From NCBI GenBank assembly GCA_049999805.1, contig JBNGIO010003129.1, forward strand, positions 1 through 34,151: DNA of 34,151 bases. The letters run 5' to 3'. The DNA is from Folioceros fuciformis (Eukaryota). Both the position numbers and the translations under genes were made by a program. Below, one piece after another: positions 10,272-26,122 of the stretch. The number at the start of each line of letters is the position of its first letter. Within the stretch, counting starts at the first letter, position 1. The notes under the pieces are model-generated. The model worked only from the letters and a program-made list of their open reading frames with translations, was not told the DNA's origin and did no database searches.

Positions 10272-11609
10272 TCATTCCTTCACGATACCCCCTGTGTCAA
10301 ATTCAGCTCCATCAAGGGGTGACATGGCATCCTCCTGCGGTGGATGGCTTGCATCCAATCGAACTCGGTGGAGCAAAACTAAAGCATCATGTGCTGCCAA
10401 TGCGGCTTGCCTTTGTGGATTGTCCGTATATGTACTCTCCACATCCAATTGTAGTTCACACTCTGTAGAAGCTTCCTGCAGCTGTTCTTCTTGAAATGTA
10501 TCTTTATGTATGATATAGATGTTGTGTAGTAATAAATAGGCTTGGACTACCCTGGGCACATTTGCAATGCTAATATCTACACGCTTCAACAAGCACCTCC
10601 ATCTTGCCTTCAGGATGCCAAAAGCTCGTTCTACTCCCAATGCTTTTGCACAGGTGTCAAGCCATCACGAGAACCACGGAAAGGAGTAAGCAAATACAAT
10701 ATGGGTCAGTACCCTGCATCACCAACCAAACTATAGTGGCGTAGCATGCCTCTTTCACAGTTACGACCCAATCTTGTTCTCTTAAATAAATTCCGATCAT
10801 TCATACTACCCGCCGACCCAAAATTGTAATCCCAAATAATGCATTTTGCAGTGACAGTAAGTTGGAGCAGATCATTCATACTACCCGCCGAGCCAAAATT
10901 GTAATCCCAAATAATGCATTTTGCAGTAACAGTAAGTTGGAGCAGCTGCGAATAAAACCCTTTTCGATTGTAGTAATCTGCCTTGGCATGTGGTGGGCCA
11001 AGAATGGGGATATCAGAGCCTTGTAGTGCTTTAAATGCTTGAGAGTACTTGCATTGCATGTCGAGGCTAAGGCCATGAAATATAAATAGAGTGCAATTTA
11101 GTGACAAGAGCAGCACAAAAGCCCTGCGTAACATTTCCAACAGTAGAAGTGCCGTACCCAAACAAGTCACCAATGGTTCGAAGCTTATCACCTGAAGCCC
11201 ACTGGTAACGAGCCATTACCACTTTCACCTCTACTGGAACCGCTTTGTAGAATTGAGTATCGGCTATGAACACAGATGGCCCCACTTCAGCACAAATGTA
11301 CTGAAATGTGCTCTGGTTTACATGAAGACGTTGTTGACACATTCTATCTCAAAATGAGAACACTAGCTGATGTTCCAGATACCCCTGATGGCGCTTGACT
11401 GTCCAAGCAAATTTTCGTTTCTTGGAGGGCTTCTGGATAGCAATATTCCTCTTCACAATACATGCTAAGACAATACATCCTAAGAGGATAGCACATGACA
11501 CAAGGACGGTATTTGTTAATGTTGAGTCCACAAGCTCCATCAGAATATAAGCGGTAAGTGCGGCTTCAATTTGGTCTCGGCCCATTTGCTGCAAGACACA
11601 CAGAGACAC
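10272..11609 (-). pseudogene. Harbinger/HARBI1-type DDE transposase, degenerate
   Basis: Fragments RLHVNQSTFQYIC, ASGDKLRTIGDLFGYGTSTV, YYNRKGFYS, GSAGSMND, LVGDAGY, VERAFGILKARWRCL, LLHN. Stops and frameshifts; the GAIDG segment appears deleted. Confidence 0.9.
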
Positions 11610-12556
11610 AGGCTCAGCAGGTTATAGCACACACAACAAAAATCCAAATGGCACAAGAGTAGCACAACATACGCACAGAGTCCATGCTGAGAAGTGATAG
11701 CAAGTCTTGCAAGCCTGCAACTCGTGAACCCCAAGGACGTGTGCAAAGGCAATGCTGGTTAGGTGCTACGTTTGCGGCATTGCTGTTCAGGTATTCAGCG
11801 TAAGGGTAGGTGTAGATCGAATGCACACTACATCTGCATCTGTAGGCATTTTGATGAAATGGAAACCTGCAGAGGAGGCGGTGAGAGGATTGCTTGTGGT
11901 GGAGGAATCTATCACAAGGTGAAAAAAGGAAACCAGCGGTCGCACCGGGAAAATGTGGAGTGGTCGCCTTGCCCGCGCAGCACCCGCTGACAATTTTCTG
12001 CATTGCCTCTGTTTTCAGCATTGCCAGAGGCAAGTCGTCGATCGTCACAGCTTGCATGGCACTGCTATGACCGCATAGTGTAAAATCACCCTTACATGTT
12101 GCTGGTATGTTCCACGAGGTACACGCAATCTAGCATGAGTGAGTGTGATAGAAAAAAAAAACGAAAAAAGAACTTGAACTGCTGACCATTATGTATTTGT
12201 ATTAGGTGTGGTCCCCATCTCCAGCTTACTCGTTAGCAGGACGTAATAGTTTTGAGCGAAGTGCGGCTCCTTCTTCAAGGATTGGACCGGACATTCTTGC
12301 TGCACGCCGAACGCACCTGACCTGAACACAGGGACTTGGACCACTAAAAAATGTACCACACCAGGCCAGCTTCGGAAAAGCGGTTTGCCCGAGACTAAAA
12401 ATTACGATGGTACGAATATAAAGTCGCGGCGGAGGCTCTAGAGGTTCCGTGGTCTCGCGGTACGGGGTACACATACATACATTTGTGTATACATGTGTGG
12501 TAAGCCGGGTTTCTTTTTCGCAACGGCCTTCCCATTCCCGCCAACAACTCTATGCT

Positions 12557-13395
12557 ATGGCTGACTCTGCCTCCTCGCAGGTTCCACCAACTCCGTCTGC
12601 TTGCGGCTATTGCCCCATGTTCTGTATCACACGCCGTGTTCTTTGTGTGTTTAGGATGAAAATGCCACGGCGGTTTCTGCTTCACTACAACCCCAATCCC
12701 CCCCTGGCGACCCCAAAGTTTCGGTGAGTGCCCAACTGCTGCTCTGTTTTCAGCTCCACTCGGTGCGTTGGTCTGACCGCGTGTTCGCTATCTGCAGGAG
12801 CCAGCGGCAAATAGGACTGAGGTTCTTGCGCGGGTCCAACAGCTGCGGAAGGTTTGCATTTCCCTTGCATCTCCTCTGCATTTCCTGCCCCGGCTGGTCC
12901 TCCTCAGTACAACGTTTCTGTTCGCTTCCAGGATTTGCAGGATTGGCGCAGTAGGCTTGACACGCAGGTGAAGACTTACCGCCAGGTAAGACGGAACTGC
13001 TGCGCCAAGAAGAATTGTGTCAAGATCTGGCGCACCTGAACCATGGACATGCGTTTGTGTGAAGGAACTCGGTGATCTTCGGAATAATCTCAATTCTGAG
13101 GTGGAGCAACTGAGAAACGTGAGTTGTTCTGCTCCTGCTTCTATTCCTGGTTCGCATTGCCTCTGGGAGTCACTTAGGCGATGCCTCTGATGAATTGCGT
13201 TCCGGAACGCATTTTTCAGGAATTTCAAGATTTACGAAGTGCTCTGAAGAAGCAGTTGGACGCAACCTCCTGCCTGGCCACCACGGTGCGTTTTCACCTC
13301 TTTTTCTTTTGCATTTGCCGTGCCTAGGGTTTTCAAATGCTCTTCTTTGTTGATATTTCCAGGCTCCAGAACTTCCCAAGTTTCCTAAGAGCTGA
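12557..13395 (+). CDS. Small coiled-coil protein of unknown function (117 aa, 7 exons)
   Basis: Exons 12557-12580, 12655-12723, 12798-12851, 12932-12985, 13065-13118, 13220-13285, 13363-13395, all GT-AG and phase 0. They join to MADSASSQ…EVLARVQQLRKDLQDWRSRLDTQVKTYRQELGDLRNNLNSEVEQLRNEFQDLRSALKKQL…FPKS*. Confidence 0.85.
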
Positions 13396-13473
13396 GGCCG
13401 GCCTCGCTGCAGTGATCGGATCCCCTATATGGCCGCCGTATTGTGTTGTAGAATGGACCCAGTGAGGCACATT

Positions 13474-14905
13474 TTAGAGACATTTCACTACTGCAGTTGG
13501 AACGTTTGCTAAACGTGTGACTTCTGGTAACGCGATATCTTGCCAGCCTGTTATGATGCAAAGCTTTTTCATCAACGCCTGGTCAGCAGGCTCCGCTGAC
13601 CATTTGGTGTAATAGTCTTGTACTCTGAACACTGATTCGGGACCTATAGGAACGCCTTGTGCTCCCTTAAGAAAAAGGTCACCTTCAGAACGTATGCAGC
13701 CAGACGCAGGTTCGCTTCTGTCTGCAGCCTGCATGTCTCTAACGTTAGGCAATCATGGAGACCCCAAGTTATTGACTGAGAGTGTGCGTGGTATGGATAC
13801 AGACCTTTTCGGTGTAGTATTCAAACGCTTTTTTGTTGGCACCGGCCTCGTAGATGCAAGCTTCAGACACAATCTGTCAGCGGCAGCAAGATGGGTTGAG
13901 TCACTACATGCAATAACTGCGCGAGAAGGCCCATGAAGTTGAAGATGAGTTTATTACCTGAGCTTCTACACTGGCACACACAGCGTAGATTCCCCAATTT
14001 CTGGTGTAGTTGTTGTAGAGGTGCACTTTGGCAAACCTGACCCGAGGATGCCTCTGCCTTGTGCCGTCGAACAGGCAGTGATGGATGGTTATCCTCATGC
14101 AACGATCCTCGACATGCGTGGGATCCGCCCCGATGAGCATAGTCTTATCGTGATTGAAAAAGCGGCACCTGCGAAGGGGAGTGGTGCGAAATATGTCACA
14201 TCACACCAGCCTGGGAGTGTAAAGTAAAGGAAAGGAACAGAAGGCAGGAAGGCGAACCAGGTTTGACCTGGAGACGGTGATATCGGTGCACTGACGTGTG
14301 ATGTCGATCAAGCCGTCGTCGAAATCGGACAGCGTGCATCGGTCGATCCAGATGTGACTGGAATTAGGCTTCATCTGTATGCCATCCACATCATGCCCAC
14401 GGCCCGCCTCGAAGAGCAGGTTGCACACTATGACATGCTGGCACTGCTTGAGCTGCAATCCTTTGCCGACAATCTTGATCTGCTGGCCACGCCCGTCGAT
14501 CGTCTTGAAAGACGAGACTCTGAGGTAGGAATTGAGGAAGATGGTGCCGGAGACGTGAAACACGATCCACAGCGGCTCCGTCTTCCGACACGCCTCCCGC
14601 AGCGTGCCCGCGCCGTCGTCTGCAAAATAGGGAAGGTGCACCAGTGAGCTGGTAGGCAAGCGGGCAGTCCCAGGCAGCTGCAGCAAGGCAAGGTAAGGCA
14701 GCTCTGTACCGGCAAGGGAGGTGACGTAGAAGAGCGGGCCTTCCAGCCCGCCGATGGCCCCAGCGCCGAAGCCCTCGGCTGCCCCCGCCAGGTCCCGTAG
14801 GCCATCTGCATTGCCACCCGCCATGCTCTGCTGTTGATGCTGCTTCGTCTGTTTTAGCTTCTGCTTGCCGGACGCGCTGAAGAGGAGTCCGCAACAGCGG
14901 CCCAT
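13474..14905 (-). CDS. Pectate lyase-like protein (PL1 family; 360 aa, 5 coding exons)
   Basis: Exons 14905-14710, 14619-14268, 14168-13958, 13873-13805, 13728-13474 (1083 nt). Motifs AEGFG, GTLREAC, KTIDGRG, IWIDRC, DGLIDI, HDKTMLIG, QRHPRVR, VHLYNNY. Confidence 0.95.
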
Positions 14906-15272
14906 GGTAGGCTGGAACTGGTGACAACTGCACCTGGCGGAAAAAGTTAGCACATGTATGTACATGGTTCGTCTACGACCATGAGAAATTGACTTTCACG
15001 CGGAAAAGGTTTACGGTGTAGGTAGATGGTACGTATTAGGGTATAAAATGACAGAACAAGCCGATGATTGACATCAGGCAAAAAGGACCCGACCACGCAG
15101 AGAAGGGAGGAAGGAAAGGACGGAGTTTGCTTACGACGAGAGCCGCTGTCGTTCCCTTGCCTTGGCGTAGAGCGCAGCCTTGTGTTGCGTTGCGTGGGCT
15201 CGCCGGGGGCCTGAGTGAGCGGGCGCCAGGCGGGCGCGTTTCCGTTGCTGCAATCGGTAGGGTTTTCAACCC

Positions 15273-15830
15273 ATGGCCTTGCTGTTTGGTCCACCAGCGG
15301 GTGGAGGCGCCGGGGGCCGCGCCGTGGATCTGGCTGACTTCATCGAGTGGGGTTCCGTGGAGTGTCTCAACGAGAATCCGAGCCATACATGGGCTAATGC
15401 GCTGAAGCAGGGGTACCGCGAGGACGGCAGCCTGCATCTCCAGAGCTTTGCGGATGAGCAGCTCTTGCTCCACATCCCCTTCGCGCAGGTGGTGAAGCTA
15501 CACTCCCTGGTGGTGAAGGGATCTCAGGAGGATGGCCCTAGGACGCTCAAGCTCTACGCCAACCGCCAGAGCATGGGCTTCAGCAACGTGGCCGACTTCC
15601 CCGTCACCGACACCGTGCTCTTGTCGCCCTCTCACCTGGACGGCTCACAGCCCCTGGCTCTCAAGTATGTCAAGTTCCAGAACGTGCGCAGCCTCACCAT
15701 CTTCGTGGAGGACAACCAGGCTGGATCCGACGTCACCAAGCTGCACAAGCTGGCCATCTTCGGCAGCTTGGTGGAGACCACCAACATGAGCAAGCTCAAG
15801 GACGTCAGCAGTGAGAACGCTGATAAATGA
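15273..15830 (+). CDS. PITH domain-containing protein (185 aa, single exon)
   Basis: VDLADFIEW…VECLNE…[10 protein letters not shown]…VKLHS…[10 protein letters not shown]…[20 protein letters not shown]…TTNMSKLK. Confidence 0.93.
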   Translation: MALLFGPPAGGGAGGRAVDLADFIEWGSVECLNENPSHTWANALKQGYREDGSLHLQSFADEQLLLHIPFAQVVKLHSLVVKGSQEDGPRTLKLYANRQSMGFSNVADFPVTDTVLLSPSHLDGSQPLALKYVKFQNVRSLTIFVEDNQAGSDVTKLHKLAIFGSLVETTNMSKLKDVSSENADK

Positions 15831-16265
15831 ATGATCCTTCAGGCCAGGCTGCACCAAATTTTCCATTGTCTGCAACCACCTGCCTCCTCCATGCTTGCCT
15901 GACCCCGGGCTCTTATGTGTATTTCTGGCCCATTATGATTGGCCTCCCATCCTGCAACGACCGCTGGTGCGTTTGTTGCAGAAAATAGTCCCTTGACCCA
16001 GCGGTTTATTACACATTTTTTGTACACTCCTCAGCGTGAAATTCAATATGTCGATTGCACAACTTCAGTGCTGTTGTAACAATTTGATATCTACTTCCAA
16101 ATAGTGTGGCCTAGCTCGCTAACATCATACGAACCGACAACAGTCCAATAAATCTTCGCAAGCAGTTCTCGTTCTGTATCAAATACTGTCCTCTGCCACA
16201 TACTGAATCACAAACTGACTATTGAATCAGGAATGGCACCGATACGTCTCCCGCATCCTACGCAC

Positions 16266-17031
16266 CTATGCACAGCAGCCTTTGCTCTTGAGTTTCGAAG
16301 GTTGATCATCTGAAGGGAGATGGATCTTAGTCCCAGACAGGATAGACGTTGACACACTACCCGCATCGGCTAGGAGAACCTTCTTGCTCACTATCCTGTA
16401 AATCTCGGTAAGCACAGTGTAAAAGGCACTCTCCACGTTTGTTGCCTCCAGAGCGGAAGTCTCTATGAAAAAGAGCTTCTCCTTCTCAGCGTACTCCTTG
16501 GCATCTTCCGTGGGAACCGCCCTCAGAGTCCCCAAATCTGATTTGTTCCCGACCAACATAACCACAATGTTGGAATCAGCATGAGCCTTGAGCTCCTCCA
16601 ACCAGCGTTGGACATGATCAAACGACTGCCGCTTTGTGATGTCATAAACTAACATAGCACCTACAGCTCCCCTGTAGTAAGCACTCGTAACAGCCCTGTA
16701 CCTGGCATCACAAGACGGAGCCAGGTCAGTCCAATTGCTTGACCTAAACAGCTTAGCTTAGCAACCAGGCAAGTGAGCCAAGGGGGGACAAGAGAATCAA
16801 CAACCTTTCTTGACCAGCTGTGTCCCAGATCTGCGCTTTGACGGTTTTATGGTCTACAACCACAGTCCGAGTCTGGAATTCCACTCCGATGGTAGCTTTG
16901 GACTCCAAGCTGAATTCCCCGCGTGAGAACCTGGTGAGCAACTGTGACTTGCCGACTGCAGAATCCCCAATCAGGACTACCTTGAAGACGTAGTCGATCC
17001 TGTTTTCGAACTCCCCGAAACCATTCGACAT
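16266..17031 (-). CDS. RABA4: Rab11-family small GTPase, RabA4 subclass (220 aa, 2 exons)
   Basis: Exons 17031-16805 and 16701-16266. [50 protein letters not shown]-terminal CCA prenylation motif. Confidence 0.95.
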
Positions 17032-17328
17032 CGTTCGGGCGGCGAGTGATCGGGCAGCGCCGGAGATCTGGTAGTTGCAGTCACTTGAGTGCGACTCTGG
17101 TCAGCATTTTCAGCCGGCAATCAACCGGTGGTTGATCTTGCTCAGGACTTCTCCAACTGCACACACCCTGGAAGCTCCGGCGCATCTTCAGCCCGCTGCA
17201 GTAGTAGCGAACTGCGGTTAGCCTGTGTTAACCTGCCATACATACATACACAAATACATACATACCAAAGTCACTTTGGTATGTATGTATGTGATAAAGC
17301 ATCGCTTACACTGGATTGCCAGCTAGCG

Positions 17329-18061
17329 GGTTAGGGCTTCAATTTTTTAAGGTTGCGCAATCATGCAATGATGGAATTAACGGCTCCTTAGATGTTAAGG
17401 AGGTTAGGGCTTCAATTTTTTAAGGTTGCGCAATGATGGAATTGACGGCTCCTTAGATACTAAGAGTTGTTAATGTACTATGCCACCAAGTTGCAGCTTT
17501 GCCACCAAGTTGTAGCTAGGAAGAAGTGTCCCATGATGTTGATCCCTTAGCCCTCTCCTTGGTTTACTCCTTGTTACCTTGGTGCCTTTGGGAAGACTGC
17601 CTACTGCTACATGGCTCAGCAGGTGAGTTTGCCCACAAACTCTTTTCAAATCTATTCTACAGCTTATCTTTTTGGTTGCAGGAGAACTCTTATCTTAGTT
17701 TTTGGGTGTTTTGATCAGGTGATTGCTTTGCTCTTATCTTAGTTTTTGGGTGTTGGATTTTTTGACCAGGTGATTGCTTCTCCGACCACTGCGATCTGTC
17801 CACTTGGAAAGATATTAGCAAATAACATGAGCATGTTAGGACTTGGTTTCTGGTTTGAACATGTTAGGACTTGGTTTCTAGTTTGAATATGTTAGGACTT
17901 GGTTTCTGGGTTTTTGGTTTTCACTTGCTCAGGTGCCATGGATCCCTCATTCCGGCTAGAAATCCATGCCAATGATGTCTCTTTTGAAGCTGATGAAGGG
18001 GGATAGAGGGGCTGCCCCACCAGTGACTCGGGGATAGAGGAGCTGCCCCACCAGTGACTCG
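17329..18061. repeat. Mosaic of short tandem duplications in the RABA4-SMC5 divergent intergenic region (possible TE remnant)
   Basis: ~70-bp x2 (17329-17466), CTCTTATCTTAGTTTTTGGGTGTT x2 (~17687-17755), 28-bp x3 (~17832-17910), 31-bp x2 (18000-18061). Confidence 0.7.
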
Positions 18062-18553
18062 CCCTGAGTGTGTGCAGCAAGCCAGGATGCCCACTTGCTT
18101 GGTGTGCTTGGGACATTCTGCTAATTGTTTTAATGCATTGATTGGTGTATTGCTGATAACTTGATGATGAGCAAGAAAATTAACAGTGCTATGACAAGTC
18201 TGGGCTGAATTTTTGATATTGGATGAGTACTTGTAATCACACCAAGCCCATGTTTCTAACTCCATGAGTATGAATTATAGCTTTACGAGTACTCTGATAC
18301 TAGCACTCTACATGATCCAAGGTCTCCCTCTCACCTCACACATAAGCCAAGATTTAATGAGTGTGTAAGTCCTCATAACAGGCAATTGGCAAGCCATGAT
18401 GGCTTGTATATATATATACAAGCATACGAACTGTCCTACAGTATGTGCAAATTCATGGTCAAGGCCGTTCTTGTCTTTCAAAAAAATGAAATGAACTGAG
18501 GGATTTCCCGCCTCCCACTCTATGCGCCTTCAGCACGCTCGACGCCTGTAGCT

Positions 18554-24789
<6,236 letters not shown>

Positions 24790-25173
24790 AGTTCCCGACT
24801 ACGAGCGACCTGAGACTGTTGGACAGATGTTACAAGGCATGCAAGCCGCGGAACGCGACGTTCTTGGATACATGCTTTTTGGGAAAACGAAAGTTTCGTG
24901 GAAGAAGAATTTTATTGAAGTTCATTTTACCCTCATTCTGTGTAGGACTTGTCTGCTTCTACCTAAAATTTGGTAACATGCGATTTTTAATCACGACATT
25001 CTTTGCACATCTGTTACAAACAAACCTGGACAAAATTTTGCGGTCACGATTCGGAAGGGCAGGGAGAAAAGATGTGGAATACATACATATGACTTTGAAG
25101 TTAGTCCCACCGTAACTTAAAATTTACATGCCCTCTGCACTCTGGTTTATGTACACAGTCCGAATCCCGCTCT

Positions 25174-26122
25174 CTACTCGGTTCGCAGCTGGGCTTCCCG
25201 ACTTGTGAGCGGAACGTATCGGACCGAAGTTGCTGTCCACTGGGACAGAGTGCCATCTGCGAGCTTGTCTATCACCCTCAAGTCTTGGAAACTGTCACCC
25301 ACAGGGATGACCAGGCGACCTCCGGCCTTCAGTTGATCGATGAGCGGTTGCGGAATCTGGGAAGCAGCAGCAGCACCTACATGGATGGCGTCGTAGGGCG
25401 CCGAAGAGGGCCACCCTTCCCGACCATCTGCGGCCACCTCCCCAGGGGTCAGGACACCCGAATTCCCAATACATGCCCAAGTCTAGTGACAAAGTAAAGA
25501 GACAACCTGCAACGTGGAGTGAGAGGCGGCCGGAGTTGAGCAGGTCTGCAGCCGGAGTCTTGGCAATATTATCGGCAGCCAGTTGCACCAGCTGGGGGAT
25601 GTGCTCCACTCCGATCGCACGTCCTTGCTCCCCAACCAGCAGGGCAAAAGCAGCTGTCAGGTATCCCGTGCCTGCACCATAGCATAATACAAAACCCCGT
25701 TGAACCCTGCGACAGCAACACGCTAACCAAACGTCAAACAAGTTAAGACCGACGGCAACCTGCGCCGACATCCAACGCTCGCATCCCTGGCTGTAATTGT
25801 TTCTCCAGCAAATCCAAGCACAAGGCATGCATGTGTGGGGCAGATATGGTGGCGTTGTATCCGATAGGGATCGGACTGTCTACGTAGGCCAGTTCACGCT
25901 TGTGGACGAAATCAGCCCTGTCCAGTTCCTCCATAACGCTGGCAATCCGAGGCGACCGTATGGCAGAAGACAGCTGCAACATCTGCACCAGTGATTTGTT
26001 GTCCACTGCTCGTCCCCTCCAAAATTGCTGCCAGGCCATGGCGGGCCGTGCCTGTGTCAGGGTGTGCAGATTTCCCACCGTCACTCTTCTCCACAAAATT
26101 GTACCGGTCTGTTTACCTCCAT
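25174..26122 (-). CDS. PIMT: Protein-L-isoaspartate O-methyltransferase (230 aa, 4 exons)
   Basis: Exons 26122-26117, 26027-25760, 25671-25507, 25427-25174 (693 nt) give MEQFW…ATISAPHMHA…ALDVGAGTGYL…GVEHIP…APYDAIHVGA…LKAGGRLVIP…VRYVPLTS. Confidence 0.95.

Larger units (their letters stand above)
4123..12091. mobile_element. PIF/Harbinger DNA transposon, complete ends, decayed ORFs
   Basis: 16-bp TIRs GGGTGGTTTTACATTA (4123-4138) and TAGTGTAAAATCACCC (12076-12091) match 14/16. TTA TSD at 4120-4122 and 12092-12094. Convergent Myb/SANT and DDE transposase genes. Confidence 0.9.

Noticed and set aside
14354-15875. Several overlapping alternative-frame ORFs over the pectate lyase and PITH genes
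   Set aside because: Expected by-products of GC-rich coding sequence.
17329-18061. CRISPR-like array
   Set aside because: Repeats are direct tandem copies without unique spacers; eukaryotic context; no cas genes.
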